From Rebecca billardiae RCC1528 (taxonomy: Eukaryota; Protista; Haptophyta), in the NCBI GenBank assembly GCA_965240325.2, contig OZ251228.1, forward strand, positions 2,232,001 to 2,296,000: a stretch of DNA of 64,000 bases. Reading direction: 5' to 3'. Below the pieces are notes generated by a model, which saw only the letters and a list, made by a program, of their open reading frames with translations, was not told the origin of the DNA and made no database searches. Below are positions 43,141-54,666 of this stretch, in pieces. Made by a program: the position numbers and the translations under genes. How positions within the stretch are numbered: the first letter of the stretch is position 1; each line of letters opens with the position of its first letter.

Positions 43141-46100
43141 GGGCGCCGAGTCGGCCGCGGCGCTGCGCGCGCGCGTGGCCGCGCTGCGCGCGCACGCGCG
43201 CGCGCAGCAGCTGCTCCGGCGCTACGGCCACGCGCAGCCCATGCGCTTCTACGCCGGCGGCGCGCCGGTGCTGCCGCACGCGCCGCTGCCCGCCGGCGCG
43301 TCCGCGCCGTCCGCGCCGCCCGCGCCGCCCGGCGGCGCGTCCGCGTCCGCGCCGCCGCCCGAGCCTCCGGCGCCGCGGCCGGACTACGTGGGGGCGCTGT
43401 TCGAGTCTGTGGCAGAGTGGGCGCGGCGCGCGGACGCGGCGCACCGCGGCGCGGCCGAGCCGGGCGCGGCGGGTCACGGCTCGCTCGGCGCGGGCGTCGC
43501 GCGCATGGCGGCCGCGGGCGTGGCCGCGGCCACGCCCGCAGCGCTGCGCGCGACCGTGGTGGCCGCCGCCGCCGCCGCTGCTGACGCGGCGGCCGCGGCG
43601 GGCGGCGGCGGCGGCGGCGCGGAGGGCGCGCGCGGCGTGCCCTGGCACGGCCTCGTCGTCGACCTCGCCGCGCTCCACGCGCTGCTCGTGCGAGGCGGCG
43701 GCGGAGGCGACGGCGGCGGTGGCGCCGACGGCGGCGCCGACGGCGGTGGCGACGGCGGCGGCGGCACCGCCAGCGCGCGCGAGCGCGCGCTGCCGCTGCG
43801 CACGCCGCTGCTGCTCTGGCTGCGCGCGGCGCTGGGCGCGCGGCGCTTCGGCACGGCGCGCGCCTTCGTCGAGCGGCAGGGCGCCGTGCTGCGCGCCGCG
43901 GCGGCCGCCGCCTCGGCCGAGCCAACCGCCGCCGCCGCCGCCGCCTCGGGCGCGGCCGAGTGGGCCGCCGCGCCGCCCGAGCCGCTGGCGGAGGCAGAGG
44001 CGGAGGCGGAGGCGGAGGCGGAGGCGGGGTGCGCGCACGCCGGCGCGTCCTCGGCGCGCGCGTCGCACATCTCCGCCGCGGACGTGCGCGACCTCGCGCT
44101 CAGCGCCGCGTGCGAGCTCCTGAACGGCGCTCCCTCGCTCGAGCACGCGGCCGTTGCGGACGCGCGCCGCTGCCTCGACGACTTCGGCTCGGTGGGCGCG
44201 CAGCCGGGGCTGCAGCCGCGCCGCGCGCTCGCCGCGCCGCACGGCGCGCGCGCGCGCGCGCAGCTCGAGGCGCTCGACGCGGAGCGCGCGCTGATCGACG
44301 GCTGCGAGGCGTGCGGCCGCCTGTTGGCGCGCGCGCGCGGCGGCGGCGCGCGGCGCGGCGGCGGCGCCGCCGCCGGCTGCGCGGAGGGCGCCGAGCGCTC
44401 GGGGCCGAGCGAGCACCTGGTGCCGCTGCAGCTGCGGCTGCGGCTGCGCTGCGGCGCGGAGGAGCGGCTGGCGCTGCTGCGCTCGGTGCTCGAGGCGTGC
44501 GCCGCGCCGCACGAGCGCGAGGCGGACGCGCTCGCGCTCGCAAGCTGCCTCGGCCTCGGCGCGCCCGGCGCGTGCGCCGCTCGGGAGCTGCTCTGCCGCT
44601 CCGCCCTGCGGTACGGCGACGTGTCCAGCGCGGCGCAGCTCGCGCTCACACTCGCCGCGGACGGGCACGGAGGCGCGTGGGACTGCTGCGAGGTGCTCAG
44701 CGGCTCGGCGGCGCTCGGCGGCGCGGCGGGCGCAGCCAAGCGCACCGCACTGCTTGCCCACGCGCTCCGGCACGCGCCACCTGCCGCGCTCGGCGCCGTC
44801 CTTGCCAAGTGGCGGCGCGCGCAGCAGCAGGGGCAGCAGCAGCGGCAGCAGGGCGGCGGCGGCGCGGCGCGCACGCCACCGCGCGGCGCGCGCGGCGGCG
44901 CGGCCGAGACGCCGCCGCCGCCGCCGCGCGCGGCGCCGCGCTACCTCGCGCGCGCCGCGGAGGGCCCGCGCGCGCTCGGCGCCGCCGTCGAGCGCGCGGG
45001 CGGCGGCGCTTCCGCCGAGGCGGCGCAGGCGGCCGCGCGCGCGTGGCACGCAGCGCTGGCCGAGACGGCGGCGCGCGCGGCCGCGGCGGCGGACGCGGCG
45101 GATCGCGCCGCCGAGCGCGCGGCAGAGGCGGAGTTTGCCGAGTGCGCCGCGCTCGCCGCGCGCGCGCTCGGAGCGTGCGCGCTCGCGCGCCGCGCCGCGC
45201 GCGCCGCCGCCGCCGCGGACGACGACGACGACGCCGCCTCGGCGGCGGCGGCGGCGGCGGCGGCGCTGGGTGTGGGCGCCGCCGGCCGCGCCGCGGCCGG
45301 CTCGGTGCGCGCGGACGCGCCGCCGGGCGGCGGCGGCGCGTTGGAGCGCGCGTGCGCGCTCGCGCTGCGCGGCGACGCGGATGCGGCAGCCCTGCTGCCC
45401 GCGCGCGCGCTGCGCCCGCTGCTGCTCCGGCTGCGCGCCGGCGCCGACGCCGACGCCGCCGCATGCGCCGCGGCTGACGCGGCCCTGCACTTCGGCGCGC
45501 TCGGCGCGCGCCTCCGCCGCGCGCGCCGCGTGCGCGCCGCGTGCGCGGTGCGCGTGCGCGCGTGCGCCTTCGCCCTCGACGGCAGCGTGCGCGCGGCGCT
45601 CGCGGCCGAGCTGGCCGCGCTCGGCAGCGTGCGCGCGCTGCGCTGCGCGCTCGAGCTCGCGCGCGCCGAGGACGACGAGGTGCGAGGCAGCGCGGCGCGC
45701 GACGGCGGCGGCGGCGGCGGCGGCGGGGCGGGCGCGGGCGCGGACGGCGACGAGGCGGGCGCTGAGGGTGGCGAGGGCGGCGGCAGCGCGTGTGCGGAGT
45801 GGCGGCTGCGACTAGCGCACACGCTCGCCGCGCTGCGAGCGCGCGGCGCCGAGGAGGAGGCGGCGGCGGAGGCGGCGGCGGAGGCGGTGGCCGGCTCTGA
45901 GCAGGAGCCGCCGCCCACCGCCACGGCCGCCGCCGCCGCCGCCGCCGCCGCCGAGCTCTCCGCCGACGACGAGACGACGCGAACGCTGCTCAGCCGTCCG
46001 CGCGCGCTGTGGCGCGCGCTCGGCGGCGCCGACGGCGCGCTGAGCCTGCTGCCCGCGCGCGCGCACCGCAGCCGCGCGCACGCGTTTGGGCTGCTCGCGG

Positions 46101-48310
46101 CGTGCGCGCGCGCCGAGGCCGCGCGCGGCGCCGAGCGCGCGGGGCGCGCGGCGCGCCACACTGCCGCGGAGGCGGAGGCGGCGGCGGCGGCGGAGGCGAT
46201 GTCGGCCATGTGCGCACTGCATGGCGCGCTGGGCGCACACGCGCCCACCGTCGACGCGTCCACGCTCGTGGGCGTGCGCTGGGCGGCGCACGCCGCCGCG
46301 CCAGCCGGGCCGGGCGCGGGCGCATGGCTGGCCGTCGCGGCGCGCGCGGCGCGCGCGCGCGGCGCGGCCGTGCCGGGCGGCGCGGCGGGTGGTGCGGAGC
46401 TCGCGCGCGCGTGCGTGCGCGCGCTCGCGGCCGCCGTCGCCGACGCGGAGGACCGCTGCGGCGGGGACGGCGCCGCGCTTGTCGCCGTCGGCGCGGCGCT
46501 GCCGCACCCCTCGCTGCTCCGACTCGACGGCGGCGAAGCCCAAGCCCAAGCCCAAGCCGAAGCCGACGGCAGTGCCGCGCGCGCCGCGTCGCCGGCAGCG
46601 GCGGCGGAGGGCGGCGGCGCGGCGCGCGCGGCCACGCTCGCACACGCGGGCGTGGACGTTGCGCTCCTCACAGACGCCTTCTTCGGCTGCTGCGCGCGCC
46701 GCGCCGTGCTCCGCGTGGCGGCTGCGCACGCGGCGGGCGCGCGCGCGCAGCGCAGCCACGCCGCCCAGGCGTCGCTCGCGCGCGCGCTCGGCGCGTGGGC
46801 GCGCGCGCGCGCCGCGGACGCTGACGCGCGCCCCGAGGCGGGCGAAGTGTGCGCGCCGGCCACCGTCGTCACGGAGGCGGCCGCCACCGTCGTCACGGAG
46901 GCGGCCGCGTTTGAGCTCTGCGCAGACGAGCTGATGGCCACCGTCCTCGGCACGGCCGACGCCGACGCCGAGCCCGCCGGCGCGCCCGGCGCGGAGCGCG
47001 CCGCGCCGCCGGCCGCCTCCTCCGCGCTCGAGCAGCTCGAGGCCGTGCTGCGCGCCGCGCCCGCGCAGAGCAGGCTCGCGTCTTGCACGCGCGCGCGCCA
47101 GCTCGCGCACAGCGGCCGCGTGCCCGCGGCCGCGCGCGCGCGCGTGCTGAGCGCGCTGGGCGCGCGCCGCGGCGGCGCGGCCGGCGGCGCGGCCGGCGGC
47201 GCGGGCGCGGCGGCGGAGGCGGCGGCGCTGGACGAGTGCGCCGCGCTGCACGCCGCTCTCCGCACGCTCGCGCTGCTGCCGCCGAGCTGGCGAGCCGCGC
47301 GCGCGCGCTGGCGGCCCGCCGCGGACACCGACGCCGCCCTCGCCGCCGACTTGGCCGCGCCGGGCGGCGCGGCGCGCGCGAACCGTTTCGGCAGCCTGCT
47401 CGGCTGCGCGCGGCGCGCGGCGGACGCGGCCGCGCTCGCGGCCGTGCTGGCGGAGTGGGAGGGCGGTGCGGCCGCGGCGGCGGCGGCCGCGTCCGCAGAG
47501 CCGCCACGCGCGGGGCTCGACGGGTGCTGGGCGCGGCTCCTCGGTGTGTGCGCCGCGCGCGGCTGGCTCGGCACCCTGGAGGGCGGCGCGCGCGCGTGCG
47601 CCGAGCATGCGCGCGCGCGCGCCTCGCACGCTGCGCTCGCGCGCGGCGCCGAGCCGGGCGCTGCCGCCGCGGCCGCGGCCGCGCTGCCTGCCGAGGACGC
47701 AGCCGAGATCGGCGCGAGGCTGTGGGCAGCACAGCCGCCGAGCGCGCGCCCGCACCGCTCGAGCGCGGATGACGACGACGACGACGGCGACGACGACGGC
47801 GGCGACGAAGGCGGCCCGTGGACGGCGGCGCGCTCGCGCGGCGCCGCGCTGCGGCTGCTGCTGCTGCTCAGCCCACCGGCGCCCGCGCGCGCGCTCGCCT
47901 CCGGCTGGCTGGGCGGCGCGCGCGCGAACGCAGGGCACGGCGCGGCCGACGAGGACGACAGCGCGCAGCCGATCGCGTTCGACGGCTCTCTCGCGCGGCT
48001 GCTCGCCGCCTCAGACGTCGCGGCGGACGCGCGCGCGCCGCCGCTCCTGCCGCTGCTGGCCGCGCGGCGCGCGCACTGGCGGCCGCTGCGCGAGGCGCTC
48101 GCGAGGCTCGGCGGCCGCGCCGCGCCGGTCCGGCAGTCCGCGGCGGTGCTCGCGCGCGCGGGGCTGCTCACCCAGGCGGCCGAGCTGCTGTGCGACGCAT
48201 ACGCCGTGCCGCCCGCCCTCCGCGGCGTCGCGGCGGGCGTGCACCTCGTGCGCGCCGCGCTCGCCGAGTCCGAGGCCGCGTCGGAGCTCCTCGCGCGCCC
48301 GGCGCTCTGA
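39191..48310 (+). CDS. NBAS: NBAS/Sec39/MIP2-like ER tethering complex subunit
   Basis: N-terminal beta-propeller-like region. Blocks LLSVRRTSAALLFERRL..ALLLARAYGLGADPVYEAQW, FLRFRDAPI..LRLLWARH, WACERARAVEARTGLVDHALALV and LVPLQLRL correspond to conserved NBAS blocks recalled from memory. Contains Gly/Ala-rich insertions. Confidence 0.82.
43028..43139 (+). repeat. (GGY)n poly-Gly tract (second tract at ~42578-42637)
   Basis: Trinucleotide run, in frame in the NBAS-like ORF. Confidence 0.95.
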
Positions 48311-49521
48311 GCGACGTGGGCTGATGTCCGGCGTGGCGGCTGCAAGGGCTGCGTGCCGGGTCGGTCGGCTGCCGGTCCGGATGGCCGCGCAGCTCCTGGC
48401 CCGCCCGGGTGGGGGCCGAGCGCGGGCGGCGCGCTCCGCTGCTACTCGACGACGTGGCCCGCGCCCCCGCCGGCGATGAGTCTGACCGGGCCGCTGCAGA
48501 CCGCGGCGCGGCATGACCGTTGAATTGAGGATTTGAGGCCTGCACACTGCATGGCTCGACGAATGATCGGAACCGCCACCCGTGGCCGTGCCGGCGGCAG
48601 GCTGCGCCATGTGTGGCGACACGGCTGACGCTCGAGTGACGCGCGCCCCGGCCGCCGGCGGTCACTCACCGCGTCGCTCGCTGGCTGACGGCAATCCGTG
48701 AGAATCTATCAACCGTGTGGCGGGGCCCGCCGCCGCCGCGGCCCCGCCCGTGTCGGCGCCGCCGCCCGGCGCCGGCGGCGCCCGCCGCTGCCGCCCGTGC
48801 CCACCGCCTTCCCGGTCCGACCGTCGAACCGTTAGTAGTGATCGAATTCGAGGCAGCACACTACACGAGTACCGACGGTCGTCATAGTCTTCATAGCTCC
48901 GAGCTAGCGACCGTAGATCTGTTGTCGCCGTCCGGTCTGACGGCGGTACCGGCGGACTGGCCGCACCTGGTGGCGGGATCCTTAATGTGGCAGTGGTCAA
49001 CCGGCTGCCACATTAAGGCTGAATGTGGTGGCGGGATAAGGGATTCGGCTTAATGTGGTAACCGGCTGAAGTCCTCCACCTGACTCATCGGAAGTCCGAG
49101 CGGCCCAAGCGGCAAGCGCAGGCTCGGCTAGTTTGCTGGCAGCCATTACCACCCTGTAGGCATGAGTGCATCGGTTCTGCGGCTGCTGGTTGCGAGTGGG
49201 TTGTCCGGGCGACTTGGGCTTGTCCGGCTTTCAGGGCGCCCGTTCGGATTCTCTGATTGTTGCATAAGTGATGAGCCTATCAATCATTGTCCGCGGACAT
49301 ACTGCGCTTGACTTGTACTAAGCACTGGCACCTGGCGGCGGCGGGCGGCGCAAAGCACGAAAAGCGAGCAGCACGCGCGGTGGTCCGGCTTTTCGTCTGG
49401 GCCTGCGCGCGCACCCTCGCCCGATCTTGAGCGCTCAGTGCTCGCGCGCGGGGCCGCACGGACCCAGGCTTTCCGCTCCGCAGCGTGCTCCCCTCGGCCC
49501 GCGCATCGCCGGTGGGCAAGC

Positions 49522-51519
49522 ATGGCGCCGGCGCGTCCCGTGTCCGGTGAGTGGCGCATCCCCTTGAAGGCGGGCGCGGCAGCCCCGCCTCCCCCGGCGG
49601 CTGCCCCGCCACCGCCGCCGCCGGCTGCGGCAGCGGCGGCGGCGGCGCCGCCGCCGGCCCCAGCGGCGGCGGCGGGGGCGGCGGGTGGGTCGTCGGCCAA
49701 GCTGTCGCCTCTGCTGCTGCTCCTGCTGCTGCTGTGCTGCTGCCTCCTGGTCGGCGGAATCATCGCCCTGGTCGTCCTGCTGAACGCGGGTGGCGCTGGC
49801 CCGGCGCTCGGTGGCGGCGCAGCGGTGGCAGCCGCCCTGCAGCCGCCCTCGCCGCCCTCGCCGCCATCCTCGCCGCCATCGCCGCCATCGCCGCCATCGC
49901 CGCCATCGCCGCCATCGCCGCCATCGCCACCCCCTGCGCCGCCATCGCCGCCATCGCCGCCGCCATCGCCGCCATCGCCGCCATCGCCACCCTCGCCGCC
50001 GTCGCCGCCTCCCGCGCCGCCGTCGCCGCCGTCGCCGCCTCCCGCGCCGCCGTCGCCGCCGCCCGCGCCGCCATCGCCGCCGCCATCGCCGCCATCGCCG
50101 CCATCGCCGCCATCGCCGCCGCCATCGCCGCCATCGCCGCCATCGCCGCCGCCGCCGCCCTCACCCCCGCCGTCGCCGCCATCGCCGCCAACGCCGCCGA
50201 GTCCTCCCCCGCCGCCGCCGTCGTCGCCGCCGGCTCCCCCGCCGCCGCCGTCGACGCCGCCGCCCCCGCCCGCTTCGCCCCCGTCACCCCCGCCGCCGCC
50301 TTCGCCGCCGCCGGCGCCCCTGAACCCGCCGCCCGCGCCGCCGCCGCCGCCCCTGCCGCCGCACTTCAAGAACGTCGGCGAGGTCGAGTTTGCGTACACG
50401 TTCATCAACACGGGCCGCGCGGTCGGCGGCACGACCAACGAGGTTGCGCTGCAGACGTTCGACGCGAACGACGACCCGCTGTTCCGCGTGGTGCTGCTGC
50501 CCGAGGGCGTCGGCCCCTTCACCAAGGAGACCGCCGTCGTCCGCGACCTCGTCCACAGCTACGACTGGGAGAGCGTGCGCCGCGCGGAGTTTGAGGTGAA
50601 GGGCGACGACAAGACGCGCATCCCGATCTACTTGCTTGTGATGGTGTTCGAGCGCGGGATGATTCGGATCTCGCCGCCCAACAAGAGGCTGGTCTCGGAG
50701 GAGCGCGCGGCGTCCATGGGGATCACGGTGCCGGCGGAGCTGTACGACTGTACGCGCGCCGAGCCGCGCCGCCGGCCGCGCGCCCGCGCGCCGTCAGCGG
50801 CGCTTGCGCGCCGCCGCGCCCGCGCGCCCCCGCCTCGCGCCTCTCTCTCACCCCCTGCCCTCCGCCTGCCCTCCGCCCTCGGACGCCCTCCGCTGCTTGC
50901 AGGGCCCGAGCCCACGCTGCACATCACCGTGACGGGCGGCGAGAACACCGCCGGCGTGAAGCTGTACACCCAGATCCGCGGGTACCACTCCTCCGACCTC
51001 ACGCCCGTGCTCTCGCCAAAGGCGCTCGTCACCGAGGGGGTGGCCAAGGGCGAGAAGATCGAGGCCTACGTCTTCGACGTGATCTGGCGGGTGCGCGCGC
51101 GCGAGAGGGAGCGAGCGCGCACGCGGCGACGCGCGCGCGCGGGCACGCCCCGCGGCGGGCACGCCGCCGCCGCCGCCCGCCCCCGCGCGCCGCGAGCGCG
51201 GCTCACGCGGCCGATCCCGCGCGCGCCGCCCGCGCGCGCCCTCCCCCGCGCTCAGGCGGCCGAGGGCATCGACTTCCTCTACGAGAAGGACGCGCTCATC
51301 TTCACGATCGAGGGCGCGGAGGGCGACTCCGTCACCTACGACGAGATCGGCGTCGAGCTCGGCATCTTCGGCGAGGTGGACGACGGCGACATCGAGCACT
51401 TCTCGGTGAACGCGACCAAGCCCGGCCTCACGCCGTCGCCCTTCTGGCTCCACGTGCTCACGCCGGGCGACTCGGAGCTCAAGGACGAGGAGAACGCCGA
51501 GGTCGAGCGCCGGCGCTAA
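49522..51519 (+). CDS. Single-pass membrane protein with long Ser-Pro (PPSPP) stalk and C-terminal globular domain; introns 50750-50902 and 51091-51255
   Basis: TM segment LLLLLLLLCCCLLVGGIIALVVLL, then ~170 aa of SPP repeats. Two GT..CAG segments (153 and 165 bp) of low-complexity Arg/Ala/Pro can be removed in frame. Confidence 0.8.
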   Translation: MAPARPVSGEWRIPLKAGAAAPPPPAAAPPPPPPAAAAAAAAPPPAPAAAAGAAGGSSAKLSPLLLLLLLLCCCLLVGGIIALVVLLNAGGAGPALGGGAAVAAALQPPSPPSPPSSPPSPPSPPSPPSPPSPPSPPPAPPSPPSPPPSPPSPPSPPSPPSPPPAPPSPPSPPPAPPSPPPAPPSPPPSPPSPPSPPSPPPSPPSPPSPPPPPSPPPSPPSPPTPPSPPPPPPSSPPAPPPPPSTPPPPPASPPSPPPPPSPPPAPLNPPPAPPPPPLPPHFKNVGEVEFAYTFINTGRAVGGTTNEVALQTFDANDDPLFRVVLLPEGVGPFTKETAVVRDLVHSYDWESVRRAEFEVKGDDKTRIPIYLLVMVFERGMIRISPPNKRLVSEERAASMGITVPAELYDCTRAEPRRRPRARAPSAALARRRARAPPPRASLSPPALRLPSALGRPPLLAGPEPTLHITVTGGENTAGVKLYTQIRGYHSSDLTPVLSPKALVTEGVAKGEKIEAYVFDVIWRVRARERERARTRRRARAGTPRGGHAAAAARPRAPRARLTRPIPRAPPARALPRAQAAEGIDFLYEKDALIFTIEGAEGDSVTYDEIGVELGIFGEVDDGDIEHFSVNATKPGLTPSPFWLHVLTPGDSELKDEENAEVERRR

Positions 51520-52032
51520 GGCGGCGCGCTGCGCGCCGACCTGCCGCGTGCGCGCGTGCGGGCTCGCTCCGCGTGCGAAGGCTGCCGGCGCACCGGCCGC
51601 ACTCGCGCGCCGCAGTCCGAGAGGGCCATTCGCCAACGAGTGCTTGGAAGAAGACCAGGCTCGTTGCGTAGCCTCCACGGATCAAGGCGGGAGTGCGCTC
51701 GCATGCGCGATCCATTGACCATCGCGTGCACGGGCGGTGCGAATTCACTTCAGCGCCCGCCACCCGGGCGCGGGCGCCGGGGCGCGACGCACCTCGTCGC
51801 CTCGTCGACGCCGTGAGTGCCACTCGGGGGTGTCGGCACAGTCATCACGGGCGGGTCTCGGTCCTCTGTCCGCACCGGCGGCACTGCGCCCATCAGCCCA
51901 TCAGGCGAGATCGTGACGGCACTCCGGGCAGGCTCGGAGAGTGAGGCGGCGCCCAGCCCCCGCGGCACACGGCACAGTGACAGTGCGGAGTGCCGCACAC
52001 GTACAAGCCACAAGGGCCCCGCAGGCTACTGG

Positions 52033-52110
52033 CATTCTATGTTTTAACGACTAACAGGTAGGAAGGAGTAAGGACGGCGCAGCCGCAGGTCTCCTGAGAC
52101 CTGATTCGTC
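52033..52110 (-). repeat. Dispersed repeat, short copy 3
   Basis: ATTCTATG..TTAACGAC..ACAGGTAGGA..GGTCTCCTGA..TTCGTCG is the inverse of 8457-8508. Confidence 0.6.
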
Positions 52111-53343
52111 GCGCTGCGTCACTGTGCTGGCAGACATGCTGACTGACTGAGTGTGTCAGCACTCAGTCAGCAGTGCCCCGGATCTGCCCGATACCGTTCC
52201 GGCCGTCCGGCTAGTCGGTCCCGACCCGCCCCCCACTCCCCAGTCCGGTCACTGGAGCGTTACATCTTGAGTTGACACTGCAATCGGCGGGATCACGCCG
52301 CCGCTCTGATGATCCGTACGATACTCGATAGCTCCTACTCCTAGACCACCCCAGGCGGTCCCTTGGACGACATTACGGCCAGACGATGGCCATGCATCAA
52401 TCATCATCCTGAGCCACACCTCCAATAGGTTCAGACTCTATTTTTCTATAATTAAATACCCAGTCCGGGTACCATTTTCGCATATGTATACAGGTGTCCG
52501 GAATTCGCTCCCGGGTTGTGCTGAAATCTGAGTAAGGGACGGGTAATTGAAACATCGTAAAAATAGATCGAGTCTGAACCTATTGGGAGGTGGTCGGATG
52601 CGACATTTCTCGTTGAAGTCATCAAACTCATCAATCGGCCATTTATCGGCCTAATCGGGGGTCGGAAGGGACTCTGCTGCATGGTCCGCTTGGACTTGGT
52701 TGACTTCGTTCGGCTCGGGGCCAATCTGACGGAACGGAGCTGGGGGGGGGGCGGAGCCGTCCGATTACTTACTTAGTAACTTCAAAGGCATCTAATTATT
52801 CGAGCGTCTAGACTCTAGTCATCACAACTTCAACTTCAAGGCGGTCGCCGTGCCATGTCTACAACTACAAGTGAGTAAAGGACAGCCTGTGTGACGTCTT
52901 CTACAGTAGTTAGTGTCTGCTCCGAGTCTGAGCTCATCATACTATTATTCGTTCGGTCTATTAGCAGCAGCCACTTCGTCGTCTAGACGAATTTTAAATA
53001 AATCGATCAGCGTTCTTATCCCGCGGACTGAGAGTGATTGATAGAATCTATACTCGAGCAGTAATGTCACTCTCTAATTGGCTGTCAGTCGCATCATCAT
53101 ATTTATTAATTAATATTATAAATATAATTTAAGTGGCCCGGCCTGCCCGAGCAGTGCCGATGCCCGATTGCCGAACGCTTGAACCGGCCCGCCCGCCGGC
53201 CGCCCGGGGCCGGGGCCGCCGGGCCCCGGTTAGTCTGAGCTCACTCAGCTCTTCGGTCTTCCGGACTCCGACGCCACGCAGACCGAGTACCGTACCGGCT
53301 ATGCCGGCGCTGTCTCATGACTCGCGCATCACGCAGCGCGGTC

Positions 53344-54198
53344 TCACGGGCGGCACATGCGACCTGGTTTCACCTTCCGAGGCTCCGCTGGACCACTCGA
53401 TGTGCCACTCGTCTCGCCACGGTCTGCCCCGCCGCGCTGTGCCTTCTTCCACGCGCGGTACTCTGCGCCCTCGCCGGGGCCGAAGAGCTCATGGCGCCAC
53501 TCCGGGCTCTCGACAAAGCGCTTCACGCCTTGCACGTACACGTCTGCACCGAAGCTCTGCGAACGGAGGACCGTGCACAGATACGGATACAGCACGCATC
53601 CGTTCCACGGCCCGCCAGTGTAGTAGTAGTAGACGTTGCGCGTCCATCGTGTGCGGTTGCTGCCCAAGTCGTCCAGCCAGTACTCGAAGCTGCCGTGAAC
53701 GTTGCCCAGGCAGGGGCCCACGCAGCCTTGGATGAGTGGGTTGGTGAAGGCCTGGCGGCCGTGGAAAAGGGCGTAGTCACCCCGATCCTCTGCGACCTCG
53801 TACTGGAAAATCGAGTAGATGCATCCCGCGAAGAGAAACCTCTCGTAGACCAGGTCACCGCGCGCGAACGGACGCCATGTGACGCCACCCGTGCTCAGCG
53901 TGTTGGGGTAGACGCTGGTCCAGAGGCGAGACGTCATGACGGCTTCGTACACATCCTCCGGTGGCGCGTCGATCTCGATGACGTCCTGGAGGATGTACGT
54001 GCCCTTCTTCTTCTGCCACGCCGCGCGCATGCGGGCCAGGCGCTCATCCTGTGCACCTGGCGCCGTGCTCAGCCACAGCGGCTCAACGCTCGACGGGCAG
54101 AAGCAGCAGCAGAACGAGTAGGCAGGAAAGCACGCCAAGCAGCGGTTGGGCGTCACGGGCGTCGGGTGCATCGGCGGGGTCGTCGTCATCACCGGCAT
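53344..54198 (-). CDS. SRPBCC/polyketide cyclase-like domain protein
   Basis: IEIDAPPEDVYEAV....W...YP at the N-terminus, FEYWLDDLGSNRTRWTRNVYY, and C-terminal helix YVQGVKRFVE. Confidence 0.75.
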   Translation of the reverse strand: MPVMTTTPPMHPTPVTPNRCLACFPAYSFCCCFCPSSVEPLWLSTAPGAQDERLARMRAAWQKKKGTYILQDVIEIDAPPEDVYEAVMTSRLWTSVYPNTLSTGGVTWRPFARGDLVYERFLFAGCIYSIFQYEVAEDRGDYALFHGRQAFTNPLIQGCVGPCLGNVHGSFEYWLDDLGSNRTRWTRNVYYYYTGGPWNGCVLYPYLCTVLRSQSFGADVYVQGVKRFVESPEWRHELFGPGEGAEYRAWKKAQRGGADRGETSGTSSGPAEPRKVKPGRMCRP

Positions 54199-54287
54199 GA
54201 TGCTGCACTTCGGTCGCGCGCGCGCGGACGGGGCGATGAAAATCCGAAATCGAGTTCGGTCGTCGTGGCGTGGTGAGGCCGGGCGGT

Positions 54288-54465
54288 TGGCCAATCAGAT
54301 GACGACAACTACTGTCGCCGTAGTCAACCGCTGAACCGCATGATCTATCGTCATCATCATTCTCTTAATTGGCCTATTGCTGGGTTTCAGGTTTTGGCCT
54401 TCCGGTTCGGCCAATCATCAGACGGATTGGCTGCCGAGTTCAAAAACTCCGTTCGCCAATCAGGC
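54288..54465. promoter_or_regulatory. Cluster of CCAAT/ATTGG motifs in a divergent intergenic region
   Basis: About five CCAAT/ATTGG motifs within 180 bp between two divergently oriented genes. Confidence 0.4.
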
Positions 54466-54666
54466 CATCAGGGAAACCTGCTCGAAAACCAGTTTACTCA
54501 CCCACTATTAATATCGTACGGCGAATCACCTAGATAGTAAACCGCTACCCCGGCCGCTCGTCTTCGCCGCTCGCTCGCAACCGGCGCGACGCTCCGCGTC
54601 GTCCCTCCCCGGAACGCGCGGACTGCCAGCACCTGCGGGGATTCGTCGCGACGCGGGACAAGACCA

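Noticed and set aside
39128-48345. Very long antisense and alternate-frame ORFs (e.g. 39616-42954, 42398-45490, 44941-48345; likewise 4505-6421, 12793-15492)
   Set aside because: Shadow ORFs caused by extreme GC content and scarcity of stops; Arg/Ala-rich with no motifs.
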